Assembly (NCBI GenBank): GCA_964016885.1
Contig: OZ024747.1
Location: forward strand, 8,184,001-8,248,000
Reading direction: 5' to 3'
DNA length: 64,000 bases
Origin: Eledone cirrhosa
Lineage: Eukaryota
Made by a program: the position numbers and the translations under genes. Below, piece after piece: positions 12,107 to 25,484 of the stretch. The notes beneath the pieces are model-generated. The model had not been told where the DNA came from. It saw only the letters and a list, made by a program, of their open reading frames with translations, and ran no database searches. Every line of letters starts with the position of its first letter. Position 1 is the stretch's first letter.

Positions 12107-12910
12107 TATTTCTTTATTAGCCACAGGGGCACAAAAGAAGGGGACAAATACAAAGGGGGAAGTTTACATACAATAAAAACGTGTAAAATGTTATCACAGA
12201 TGGAATTTAAAAGTTAGTCGATTTTCCCCAATAGAGGGAGACAGTTCATATGGGTAACACATACCCCCGAAAAAAAATGTGCAACCCTCATCTCCAGGAG
12301 TACGAAGAGCTTGTACTCCTTTCCTCTCCTCCTCCTTTTCCTCAATCTACAGGCTGATATAGAGAGAAGGCCCATTCACTCGGGCCATTCTCGCCACTTT
12401 CACCCACCTTTCATAAAACTTGCTGGGGTACAGCACCTCTCTCTCCATCCTGATTCTTCTTCCAAAGTGGTATTTGAAAAAAAGAATCAGTTGTTGGCCG
12501 GAGAGAAAGGTGTCTGACCTCAGCCCTTTCAACCTTGTCCACCATACAACCTCTTTCGCCATAGCTATCACACAAAGGAAAACCGCCTCTCCTTCGTTTT
12601 TGAAGGAGGGTGGCGGTTTGATCATGACAATGGACTCGGTGGTCAACTGGATTGGTCCCACCCGCGACAATAGTCGTTCTACATATCCCCACAGGTCAGT
12701 GACGCCCGGGCAGTGTATGAATGCGTGCGCGACGGTTTCTTCGTCTCGCACGCACCTCGGACAGATCTTTTTTGCAGGGTCCCTGCCCGGGTGCCCATGT
12801 CTGTAGAGCTTGTCTCGAACTGGTAGAGCTCCTCGGTAGCACTGCCAGGCCAGGGACTTTTGGAAGTTGTCCATCGGTCCCGGGCGGAAGGTCCTACCGA
12901 ACAGACTGGC
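12107..12910 (-). mobile_element. L1/Tx1-clade LINE 3' fragment with 16-bp TSD
   Basis: ORF 12347-12973 has W...GALPVRDKL...CPRC...ETVAHAFIHCP...W (zf-RVT CCHC knuckle). The 3' UTR ends in AATAAA. TSD cagtaatagaaagata at 12091-12106 and 12911-12926. Confidence 0.85.
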
Positions 12911-13029
12911 CAGTAATAGAAAGATAGATATATAAACAGCTGGTTGACTTAAGAAGCATTGGAAAAATTTCAAATTTCATATATGTATATATATATCAGT
13001 CCTTCCTATGACTTCATTTCAATATATAT

Positions 13030-13111
<82 letters not shown>

Positions 13112-13239
13112 TGAAATGAAGTCATAGGAAGGACTGATATATATATACATATATGAAATTTGAAATTTTACCAATGCTTCTTAAGTCAACCAGCTGTTTA
13201 TATATCTATCTTTCTATTACTGTTACTATCTGTTGGTCA
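12911..13239. repeat. Long inverted repeat centred on a (CA)(TA)(TG) microsatellite
   Basis: ~120-bp arms, nearly identical; the left arm continues at 12074-12106, beyond the LINE insertion. Confidence 0.9.
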
Positions 13240-13839
13240 CAACTCCTGGCAGGAGGTGGGATTTAAAGAACTGGTTGACTTAAGATACTACAATGCTTTC
13301 TGCTAGACGATTTAACAATTCTGCTAAACCACCAACCCATGACTGTTACTTTATGTATCAAGCCCCAAAAAGATGAATGCTAATTTGAACTCAGAGTACA
13401 GTGAGTCAGATCAAATACAGAGGTGTTTAATCTAAGATGCCAATGACTCTGCCAATTTGCTGCCTAAAGAGTTCAAGTTCCACCTATTTCTTACCTCAGG
13501 TAATTTTAGAAAAAAAAACAGAAACAAATCTCAACATTTTGTAGCCAACAATAATCCTTTTGATGCCAACCTGGCCAAAATCAGTTCTGATTCTATAAAA
13601 TAAAACCACCCATTTTAAAGAATTCAATTTAAACCCAAACCTTCCAAAATAATTTTTTATGAGAATCATATGTTAATATCCTAGTAACTAAATAATTAAT
13701 AATTTTAGTAAATTTCCCAAAATTCTTCATTATTTAATTGAAATAGAATGTATTTCATTAGAAATATTGTCATAAAAGGATTAAAGTTATCTACATTATA
13801 TAATATATTGTTCATCATCACATCTCGTACCTATGCAGC

Positions 13840-14340
13840 TTTAACTGATCTTCTTGGAGGTAGTATCTCATAAAAGATTTCTTGGGTGTTTTAATGCCAG
13901 CAGTCTGAATCCTATAATGTTGTTACATCTTGTTCTACGTAGGTTTAGCTGGCCTCTTACGTAGGTTTAGCTGGCCTCTTACGCAGTTGTATCCTATTGG
14001 AGGATTTTGGGCTGTTTTAATGATAGGAGTTCCAGTCCTATGTTGTTATACATGCTTGACTTGTGATTGTAAAATCTTTTTCTGATAGTACTGGCGAGTC
14101 TATCATTAAAACAGCCAAGAAACCTCCTATGAGATACAACCTCATAAGAGGCCAGCTAAACCTACAAGAGGTTTCTTGTCTGTTTAAATTGTAGGAGACC
14201 TAGTCCTATGTTGTTACATCTTGTACCTATGTCGGTTTAGTTTGCCTCTTATGAGGTTGTATCTCATAGGAGGTTTCTTGGCTGTTTTAATGATAGACTC
14301 ACCAGTACTATCAGAAAAAGATTTTACAATCACAAGTCAT
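13840..14340. repeat. Degenerate tandem units plus ~105-bp inverted repeat (14057-14160 / 14235-14339)
   Basis: tgacttgtgattgtaaaatctttttctgatagtactgg... is mirrored by ...ccagtactatcagaaaaagattttacaatcacaagtca. Confidence 0.8.
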
Positions 14341-14897
14341 GTAACCACTAAGCCAGATGCCATCATATATTAGATGGGTCTGTTTATTCGATAGAATTAC
14401 TCATTTCCTGAGTCAATATAATTCATATATTTCAGTCATCATGGCAGTCTTTTCCTCATAACATAAATTTAGCTAAAGAAAAATTATTAAGAGAAACTAT
14501 TCCATTTTCAGTGGAATGCATACATGAAAAATACATAAAATTGATTTTTAAATATATCGTGTATCTTATTAAAATTTTGATGTCCTTTTTTTTAGTCGAT
14601 AATAATAATTTATTTGTAAAGAGAAAAGAATGTAGACTTTATAGTTGAAATAAAAATTATTCAAATTTCATTTAAATCAAATATATTTTGAAAGTCATGC
14701 ATAAACAATACATTTTTTAATAACCAAGTTCCACACATATATGTATAAAACCATATATAGATAGCTACATACTTACACAAATGTGTATATAGATAGATAC
14801 CAATATATATTAGAGTGGATACATGTGTAGATGTATGAGATTTTATGAATATTTCATTCTATACTTCTTTCAATATGATTAAAGACATTACCTCCAT

Positions 14898-17310
<2,413 letters not shown>

Positions 17311-17597
17311 AGGAAAGATGGCGTAGAAAATACAATGCAACGGGAGGAAACAATAGCACCATTGACGATGTTGCAGATGTGCAACGAAAGAACTTTGATA
17401 AACTATATATATGTGTTTGTGTCTATATTGTATCTGTATTTTTGACCGTCGGTCAGTCAATGGCAACATTGAGGACCGATTGAGTTAGATCGCAGATATA
17501 AAAGACACAGAAGCGAAAACCAACCAAACAGTGAGTGTGTTCTGTTATTAATTCTGGCAATATTACACAAATATGACCCTCCCCAAGTATAACAATA
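17311..17597 (+). mobile_element. TA-embedded element (family B) with hammerhead-like core at 17359-17398
   Basis: cca-TTGACGA-t-gttgca-gatg-tgcaac-GAAA-gaac-tt-tga; ends 'atgaccctccccaagtataacaat'. Homologous to 43478, 45071 and 47552. Confidence 0.65.
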
Positions 17598-17718
17598 TAT
17601 ATATATAGATATAAATATATACATATATACGTTTATATATATGTGTGTGAAAGGTAAACTGAAAACAACAAGGCAAATAATACAGTACATTGAACACACA
17701 CATATATATACATACATG

Positions 17719-17786
<68 letters not shown>

Positions 17787-18129
17787 GATGATGATTAGTG
17801 TGTGTATATGTGTGCGTGTCTGTAATGTTAAGGAATATGTGTATGTGCGATTAGAAGTGGGTTCTTGTGTGGCTTCGTGGATGTCTTTCAGTCTATGTGT
17901 TGTATAAATATGTGTTTGGGTGCATGTTGAAATCATGTGGCGTGTGTGTATGTGTGTTGAACGTGAGAGGTGATGCACTTTTATGCACGCGTTGATGTGC
18001 GTATGTGAATGTGTGGGCGAATATTAGCACGTGAAGCTGTTAATGGTGCATGTGTGTGGGTTTGCAATAAGGTGGGTGAGTGTTGATTAGAAAAAATGAG
18101 GTGGTACATTGTGGCGATGGGTTGTGAAA

Positions 18130-18420
18130 GTTTTGAGACAGCAGATGAGGTGGTGTTCTTTTTGGTGTTCCCTTTGGAAGGTCTAGTGCAGGAAATGAGG
18201 CCAAACAGACTAAGGTTTTATGTAGAGTGGTCACCGATATGGAAATATTATGGAATCTGATGTCCCAAAGATGCTTGACAAATCGGTCCACCAGTAGATG
18301 TTCAGTTTGGTTGATGTAGCTGCCATTGTGTTCAGTGAGGGCGGTGGTGTTGGCGATGAAATATCATATATACAGTGGGTTGTGAAGCATAGGTGGGATA
18401 CGGGAGAGGAGTAAATATTA
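18130..18420 (-). pseudogene. Decayed GIY-YIG endonuclease of a Penelope-like element
   Basis: CFTTHCIYDIS...YINQTEHLLVDRFVKHLWDIR resembles the PLE motif 'C...NVIY.I.C....YIGQT.R.L..RF.EH..DI'. Confidence 0.5.
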
Positions 18421-19499
18421 TGCAATACTACTCAAATGCACGAAATTGCATTGCCCAGGGTGGTTGAAGAAAAAGTTGGATTTTTTGTTGCACGCGTTTC
18501 ATTTTTTCATGAGCAACATATACACATGCGCATGCACAAACACACAAATATGTATACATACATGCACACATACATACGCATGCTAGAAAAATATGGGTAT
18601 ATGTATTTACTGCTGGTATATATTGTGCATGCATATGTACACGAACGCATATGAGTGAGTGCGTTTGCGTGTGCTTTTTGTGTACATGTATATGCATTTA
18701 TGTGTGAATGCATGAACGTGCGCGTGTGTATATGTATATATGTTTAAGCGTGTATTGTGTGAATAGGAAGGCCTTTATATTTGTATATGTTTATGTATGC
18801 GTACGTGTGTAATGTATATAGTTATGCATGTGTGCGTACGTCGGTGGACATGCATGTGTATATGTATAGGGTCTAATTTCTGTATGTATGCATATGTATC
18901 TGCACTATGCTCATGCTTCTGTGCGTGTGTTTGTGTGATGTATGTTTATACATGTGTGTGCGTGTGTGTATGAGGCTGTGTCTGTGCGTATAAAAAGTCC
19001 TCTACTTCTATATGTATGCGTGTGTATATGCATAAAACTCCTGTATTTCTGTGTGTGAGTATATGTAGATATTTATGCATGCCTGTGCGGGTGTGTATGC
19101 GTGTGTATCTACGCATATACGTATAAAAAGGCACCTACTTCTATATGTACACATGTGTATCTGTATATATTTAAGCGTGTGTGCATGTTTGTTTGTGTAC
19201 GTGCGTGTGCATATATATAAGAATGTCTCTATTTCTCTGTTTATGCTGGTTTCCATTATAAATCTGTAGGTTTAATTATGAAGAAGAAGATTCAGTGAAG
19301 GCATCAGACAACAAATCATCCAATAGCTATATTGGAGAAGATAATAAAAGGAATCAAGCTGAACCAATCAATACAGAACGTTACTCTCACAACCAAACGC
19401 TATCCACCATGTTTTTGTCTTTTATTTTCACTTTTTTCTTTGTTATTCTTAACTACATTAACATTTTTTTCTTCTTTTGTTTTCTTTTTAGACTTCCAT

Positions 19500-20835
19500 T
19501 CTATCTATCTATCTGTTTATCTATCTGTCTATCCGTCTACCTATCTATCTACCTACCTACTACCTACATTGTCCCCTTTTCTTGTGCGCCCTTGTGGCAA
19601 ATAAAGAAATCTATCTATCTATCTGTCTATCTATCTATATCTATCTGTCTGTATGTATGTCTACCTAACTACCTACCTACTCACCTATCTATCTATCTAT
19701 CTACACACACACATGTATGAATGTAAATATGTGCATATGTATGTATGTATGTATGTATGTACACACATGTGTGTGTGTGTGTGTGTGTGAGTGTGTGTGA
19801 GTGTGTGTGTGTGAGTGTGTGTGTGTGTGTGTATGTGAGTGTGTGTGTGTGCGGGTCTCATCCTTTCTACTTTCTTAAAAAAATGTTTTTTGTTCATCTT
19901 TCCTTTTCTCTTGTACATGATGGAAACTAAAGTAGCTGTGGGACATTGCACTAAACATGGAGGAAGAGCTGGTGGTGGAGAGTGTTGTGTTGGTGGTGGA
20001 AGGGGTGGTGGTGAGGGAGGGTGGTGGTGGTGGAGGGTGTTGGTGGTGGAGGGTGTTGGTGGAGGTGGTGGTGACGGGTGGTGGTGGTTGGGGGAGGGTG
20101 GAGAGTGGTGGTGGTGGTGGGGACATGAGGAGGAGAACAAAAGGCAACTTACAATAGTAATAGCAACAACTACAACAACAATATCTACAACATTTATAAC
20201 AACTTCCAATGGTGTCAATAACCACAACAGCAACAACAATAATTACAACATCTACAACAACAACATCTACAACAACATGTACAACAACAACAACATGTAC
20301 AACAACAACAACCAATGATAGCAACAGCTACAACAATAACATCAACAACAATAAAAACAGCAATAAGTACAACAACTATAAACAAACACAGTAACAACAA
20401 CAACAACATCTACAATGACTGTAACAACAACAACAACAACATCATCTACAATGACTGTAACAACAACAACAACAACAATGACTGTAACAACAACAACAAC
20501 AACAACGACTGTAACAACAACAACAACAACATCTACAACAACAACAGTAACAACATCTACAACAACATCTACAATGACTGTAACAACAACAACAACAACG
20601 ACTGTAACAACAACAACAACAACTGTAACAACAACAACAACAACAACAACAACAGTAACAACAACAACAACATCTACAACAACAACATCTACAACAACAA
20701 CAGTAACAACAACAACAACATCTACAATGACTGTAACAACAACATCTACAACAACAACAACAACAACAACAACATCTACAACAACAATATCTACAATGTA
20801 ACAACAACAACAACAACATCTACAATGACAAAATA
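19500..20835. repeat. Compound simple repeats: (TCTA)n, (TG)n, (GGT)n, (AAC)n
   Basis: Read directly; includes a short L1/Tx1-like 3' tail at 19569-19610. Confidence 0.9.
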
Positions 20836-20845
20836 GCAACAACCA

Positions 20846-21030
20846 CAATTTTTGGCGGGAGGGGAAAGTCGGCCCCAGTGCATCACTGGTACTTTATTTT
20901 ATCAACCACCATAAGGATGAAAGGCAAAGCTAACCTCAGCAGGATTTGAACTCATAATGTAAAGGGCCATAACTCTATGCCACAAAGCTTGTTGTCTGAC
21001 GCTCTAATAATACTGCCAATCCACCACCCT
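20846..21030 (-). mobile_element. S1 SINE (older variant)
   Basis: ggtactttattttatcaac...ggatttgaactc...ctgccaatccaccaccct. Confidence 0.85.
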
Positions 21031-21053
21031 ACTACTACTACTAATAATAATAA

Positions 21054-21241
21054 TTGTTTCTACTTTAGGCACAAGGCCAGCAATCGCCCAGTGCATTACT
21101 GGTACTTTATTTTATCGACCCCGTAAGGATGAAAGGCAAAGTTAACCTCGGCGGGATTTGAACTCAGATCATAAAGGGACGTAACTATGCTGGAAAGCAT
21201 GGCGTCCGACCCTCTACCGATACTGCCAATCCACCGCCCTC
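21054..21241 (-). mobile_element. S1 SINE, full length, with TSD-like ctaataataat
   Basis: Near-consensus copy with a duplicated flank. Confidence 0.9.
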
Positions 21242-21266
21242 CTAATAATAATTTTACATTGTAGGT

Positions 21267-21886
21267 CAGGCATGTCAAACATGTGGCCTGCGGGTCACAT
21301 GTGGCCTGTGGGTCGCATGTGACTCTTTACAATCACACATGTGGCCCTTTACAATCACACATGTGGCCCTTTACAATCACACATGTGGCCCTTTACAATC
21401 ACACATGTGACTCTTTACAATCACACATGTGGCCCTTTACAATCACACATGTGGCCCTTTACAATCACACACGTGGCCCTTTACAATCACACATGTGGCC
21501 CTTTACAATCACACATGTGACTCTTTACAATCACACATGTGGCCCTTTACAATCACACATGTGGCCCTTTACAATCACACATGTGACTCTTTACAATCAC
21601 ACATGTGGCCCTTTACAATCACACATGTGGCCCTTTACAATCACACATGTGGCCCTTTACAATCACACATGTGGCCCTTTACAATCACACATGTGGCCCT
21701 TTACAATCACACATGTGGCCCTTTACAATCACACATGTGGCCCTTTACAATCACACATGTGGCCCTTTACAATCACACATGTGGCCCACACAAAGGTTTT
21801 TACAGCACGAGCATGTTTTATCTTTGTAATATAAAATTTTAAAAATTAGCTGTAATGTGCGCAATTAGTTGTCGTGTGTGGCCCTC
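21267..21886. mobile_element. hAT-like MITE containing a 22-bp minisatellite (gtggccctttacaatcacacat, ~21 copies, 21318-21787)
   Basis: Start 'cagggcatgtcaaacatgtggcctgcgggtcacatgtggcc' resembles hAT MITE 5' ends; the tandem array is read directly. Confidence 0.6.
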
Positions 21887-21887
21887 A

Positions 21888-22500
21888 GTGGTGGTAGAGG
21901 TGGTAGTGGTAGTGGTATTGATGGTAGAGGTGGTAGTGGTAGTGGTATTGATGGTAGTGGTGGTAGTGGTAGTGGTATTGATGGTAGTGGTAGTGGTAGT
22001 GGTATTGATGGTAGTGGTGGCAGTGGTAGTGGTGGTATTGGTATTGATGGTAGTGGTGGTAGAGGTGGTAGTGGTATTGATGGTACAAGTGGTGGTAGAG
22101 GTGGTAGTGTTAGTGGTAGTGGTAGTGGTATTGATGGTAGTGGTGGTAGTGGTGGTAGAGGTAGTAGCGGTAGTGGTATTGATGGTAGAAGTGGTGGTAA
22201 GTGGTGATGGGCAAGTAAGGATTTAATAATAAAATTTATATTAATAACAGCCCACTAATAAAATTCTTTGTTGCCATTTTTATTAAAAGCGATAATGTTG
22301 ATGATGGTGTTAGTGATAAAGTTAATGGTGATGGTAATTATAATTGTCATCAGCATCATCATCACCACCGTCATCATCATCATCACCATAACAATCACCA
22401 TTATCATCAACATTATCACCATCACCAATTCAATCATCATCATCATCATCACCATCATCTTTGTCAATACTATCATCATCATCATCAACATCATCATCGA
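21888..22500. repeat. (GGT/AGT/GAT)n and (CAT)n low-complexity tracts
   Basis: Read directly from the sequence. Confidence 0.9.
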
Positions 22501-22616
22501 GTATGACTACTTCAATGTTACAAAAGAACAAAAAAATAAATATGAAACAAAATAAAAACAAATACTAAAGCAGACAGAAAAGAAAAAGAAAGAAAGGACA
22601 AAGACAGTAAATACTA

Positions 22617-24395
22617 TTCTTCTTCTTCTTCTTCTTCTTCACCCAGTTATTCCTGAGAGGGTCATGGGGGTAGAATCCTTCCAGGGGGGTCCTGTCAGAA
22701 ACAACCGTCTCCAACTGATCCAGCTGGATCCCAAAGTGTGACCAGCCAAGCCAAGCTCATGGATGTTATCCAACCATCTTGCTCAGGGTCTACCCTTGGG
22801 TCTCCTGCCGGCTGGTTTCGCCTGTAAAATATGTCCAGTGATTCTTTCCTAAGACATTCTAACCAGATGTCCATAGTATCAGAGCTGTAATCTCTCAATT
22901 CAGAGAAGTGACAGCTCAACCTGGAGTGACTCTCCAGTGATTCTTTCCCGAGACATTCTAACCAGATGTCCATAGTATCAGAGCTGTGATCTCTCAATTC
23001 AGAGAAGTGACGGCTCAACCTGGAGTGACTCTCCAGTGATTCTTTCCTAAGACATTCTAACCAGATGTCCATAGTATCAGAGCTGTGATCTCTCAATTCA
23101 GAGAAGTGACAGCTCAACCTGGAGTGACTCTCCAGTGATTCTTTCCCGAGACATTCTAACCAGATGTCCATAGTATCAGAGCTGTGATCTCTCAATTCAG
23201 AGAAGTGACAGCTCAACCTGGAGTGACTCTCCAGTGATTCTTTCCTAAGACATTCTAACCAGATGTCCATAGTATCAGAGCTGTGATCTCTCAATTCAGA
23301 GAAGTGACAGCTCAACCTGGAGTGACTCTCCAGTGATTTTTTCCTAAGACATTCTAACCACATGTCCATAGTATCAGAGCTGTGATCTCTCAATTCAGAG
23401 AAGTGACGGCTCAACCTGGAGTGACTCTCCAGTGATTTTTTCCTAAGACATTCTAACCACATGTCCATAGTATCAGAGCTGTGATCTCTCAATTCAGAGA
23501 AGTGACGGCTCAACCTGGAGTGACTCTCCAGTGATTCTTTCCTAAGACATTCTAACCACATGTCCATAGTATCAGAGCTGTGATCTCTCAATTCAGAGAA
23601 GTGACAGCTCAACCTGGAGTGACTCTCCAGTGATTCTTTCCCGAGACATTCTAATCAGATGTCCATAGTATCAGAGCTGTGATCTCTCAATTCAGAGAAG
23701 TGACAGCTCAACCTGGAGTGACTCTCCAGTGATTCTTTCCTAAGACATTCTAACCAGATGTCCATAGTATCAGAGCTGTGATCTCTCAATTCAGAGAAGT
23801 GACAGCTCAACCTGGAGTGACTCTCCAGTGATTTTTTCCTAAGACATTCTAACCACATGTCCATAGTATCAGAGCTGTGATCTCTCAATTCAGAGAAGTG
23901 ACGGCTCAACCTGGAGTGACTCTCCAGTGATTTTTTCCTAAGACATTCTAACCACATGTCCATAGTATCAGAGCTGTGATCTCTCAATTCAGAGAAGTGA
24001 CGGCTCAACCTGGAGTGACTCTCCAGTGATTCTTTCCTAAGACATTCTAACCACATGTCCATAGCTGTGATCTCTCAATTCAGAGAAGTGATGACTCAAC
24101 CTGGAGTGACTCTCCAGTGATTCTTTCCTAAGACATTCTAACCAGATGTCCATAGTATCAGAGCTGTGATCTTTCAATTCAGAGAAGTGACAGCTCAACC
24201 TGGAGTGACTCTCCAGTGATTCTTTCCTAAGACATTCTAATCAGATGTCCATAGTATCAGAGCTGTGATCTTTCAATTCAGAGAAGTAGCGGCTCAACCT
24301 GGAGTGACTCTCTGATCTCTGAGCTACGTACTCTATCAAGTAATGTTACTCCAAAGACCCTTCGGAGGAACCCCATTTTGGCTGCTTGTATTTGG
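22617..24395 (-). mobile_element. RTE LINE 3' fragment with ~15 tandem copies of an internal 99-bp segment (22835-24312)
   Basis: Translates to IQAAKMGFLRRVFGVTLLDRVRSSEIRESLQVEP...SQL..YGHL.RM...PAGRRPKGRP..RWLDNI (RTE C-terminus); (AGA)n tail at 22617-22640. Confidence 0.85.
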
Positions 24396-24443
24396 TGGTG
24401 GTGGGGATGGAAGATAGGGTAGTACTACTGATAATCAAAATAG

Positions 24444-24474
<31 letters not shown>

Positions 24475-24639
24475 AAACAGTACTGTTGATTATGAAAATA
24501 GTGATGATTGTGATGGTGATGATTATCCTCAAATTATAAATGTGTAAAATTTTCCATTTTAGGAGTTCAGTCATTTGTTAAAATTATTCAATTCGTATGT
24601 AATTAAGTATTGTATATATTATTTATAAATAAAACACTT

Positions 24640-24872
24640 AAACCAACAATCATCATCATCATCAACATTATCAGCATCAACATCATCAAGATCATCAACA
24701 TCATCATCAATGCAACCATCATCATCATCATCGTCCTCATCATCACAATCATCATCGTCATCATCATCGTCATCATCATCATCATCATCATCAATCATCT
24801 TCATCAACGCCATCATCACAATCATCATCAACACCATCATCATCATCATCATCCTCATCATCATCATCTCAA
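24640..24872. repeat. (CAT)n low-complexity tract
   Basis: Read directly from the sequence. Confidence 0.9.
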
Positions 24873-25116
24873 TCATATGCTCCAGCTGTGGCTTGGTTTC
24901 AACAGTTGGATGCCCTTCCTAACCCCAACCAACCAACAATGCCTGCCAAGAGAAAGGAGTCTTGAAATCTCTCTAAGAATGCCAGATGTCTTAAGAAACT
25001 CTGGAATCACTATAATCAGATGAGAACAATGTCTGTAGTTAAGACTAATTGTTGAGAGAAAATATAACTTAATCACCATATCTTCTGTTACCTGACAGGT
25101 GCTTGTAGGTCCTTAA

Positions 25117-25337
25117 CAATTTAGCATTTAAACCAGCCGCATCCGGCCAGATTTCTTTCACCTTTTTCTATTCAAACCGGCCATAACTGGCTCCTCATAC
25201 TGACTTTAAGGTATTGTTCTCAAAATAAATAGTATCAAAATCTCATAGATTTGATATTATATGAGGTAATTATGTGAGGTAAAGCTTATACCACAAAAAT
25301 ACAATAGTATATATGGAGTAATGTAAATGGTAAAGGG
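25117..25337. mobile_element. piggyBac-like MITE with TTAA target duplication
   Basis: TTAA-caatttagcattta ... taaatggtaaaggg-TTAA. The empty-site sequence gtaggtccTTAAagactggtgt is present at 25417-25438. Confidence 0.75.
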
Positions 25338-25484
25338 TTAAAGACTGGTGTCATTGCTAGCACTAATGTTCTGTTTACCTGACAGGGGAGAGGAAGGGAC
25401 AGAACCCTTGTTGTTTGTAGGTCCTTAAAGACTGGTGTGATCAATGCTATTGATCTTCTGTAGAGGTGTTAGATCTTCTGTAGA

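Noticed and set aside
20315-20836. Asn-rich or Cys-rich ORFs
   Set aside because: (AAC)n microsatellite.
22695-24062. 305-aa and 135-aa repeat-protein ORFs
   Set aside because: Alternative frame of a tandemly amplified RTE fragment; the ancestral RTE frame contains stops.
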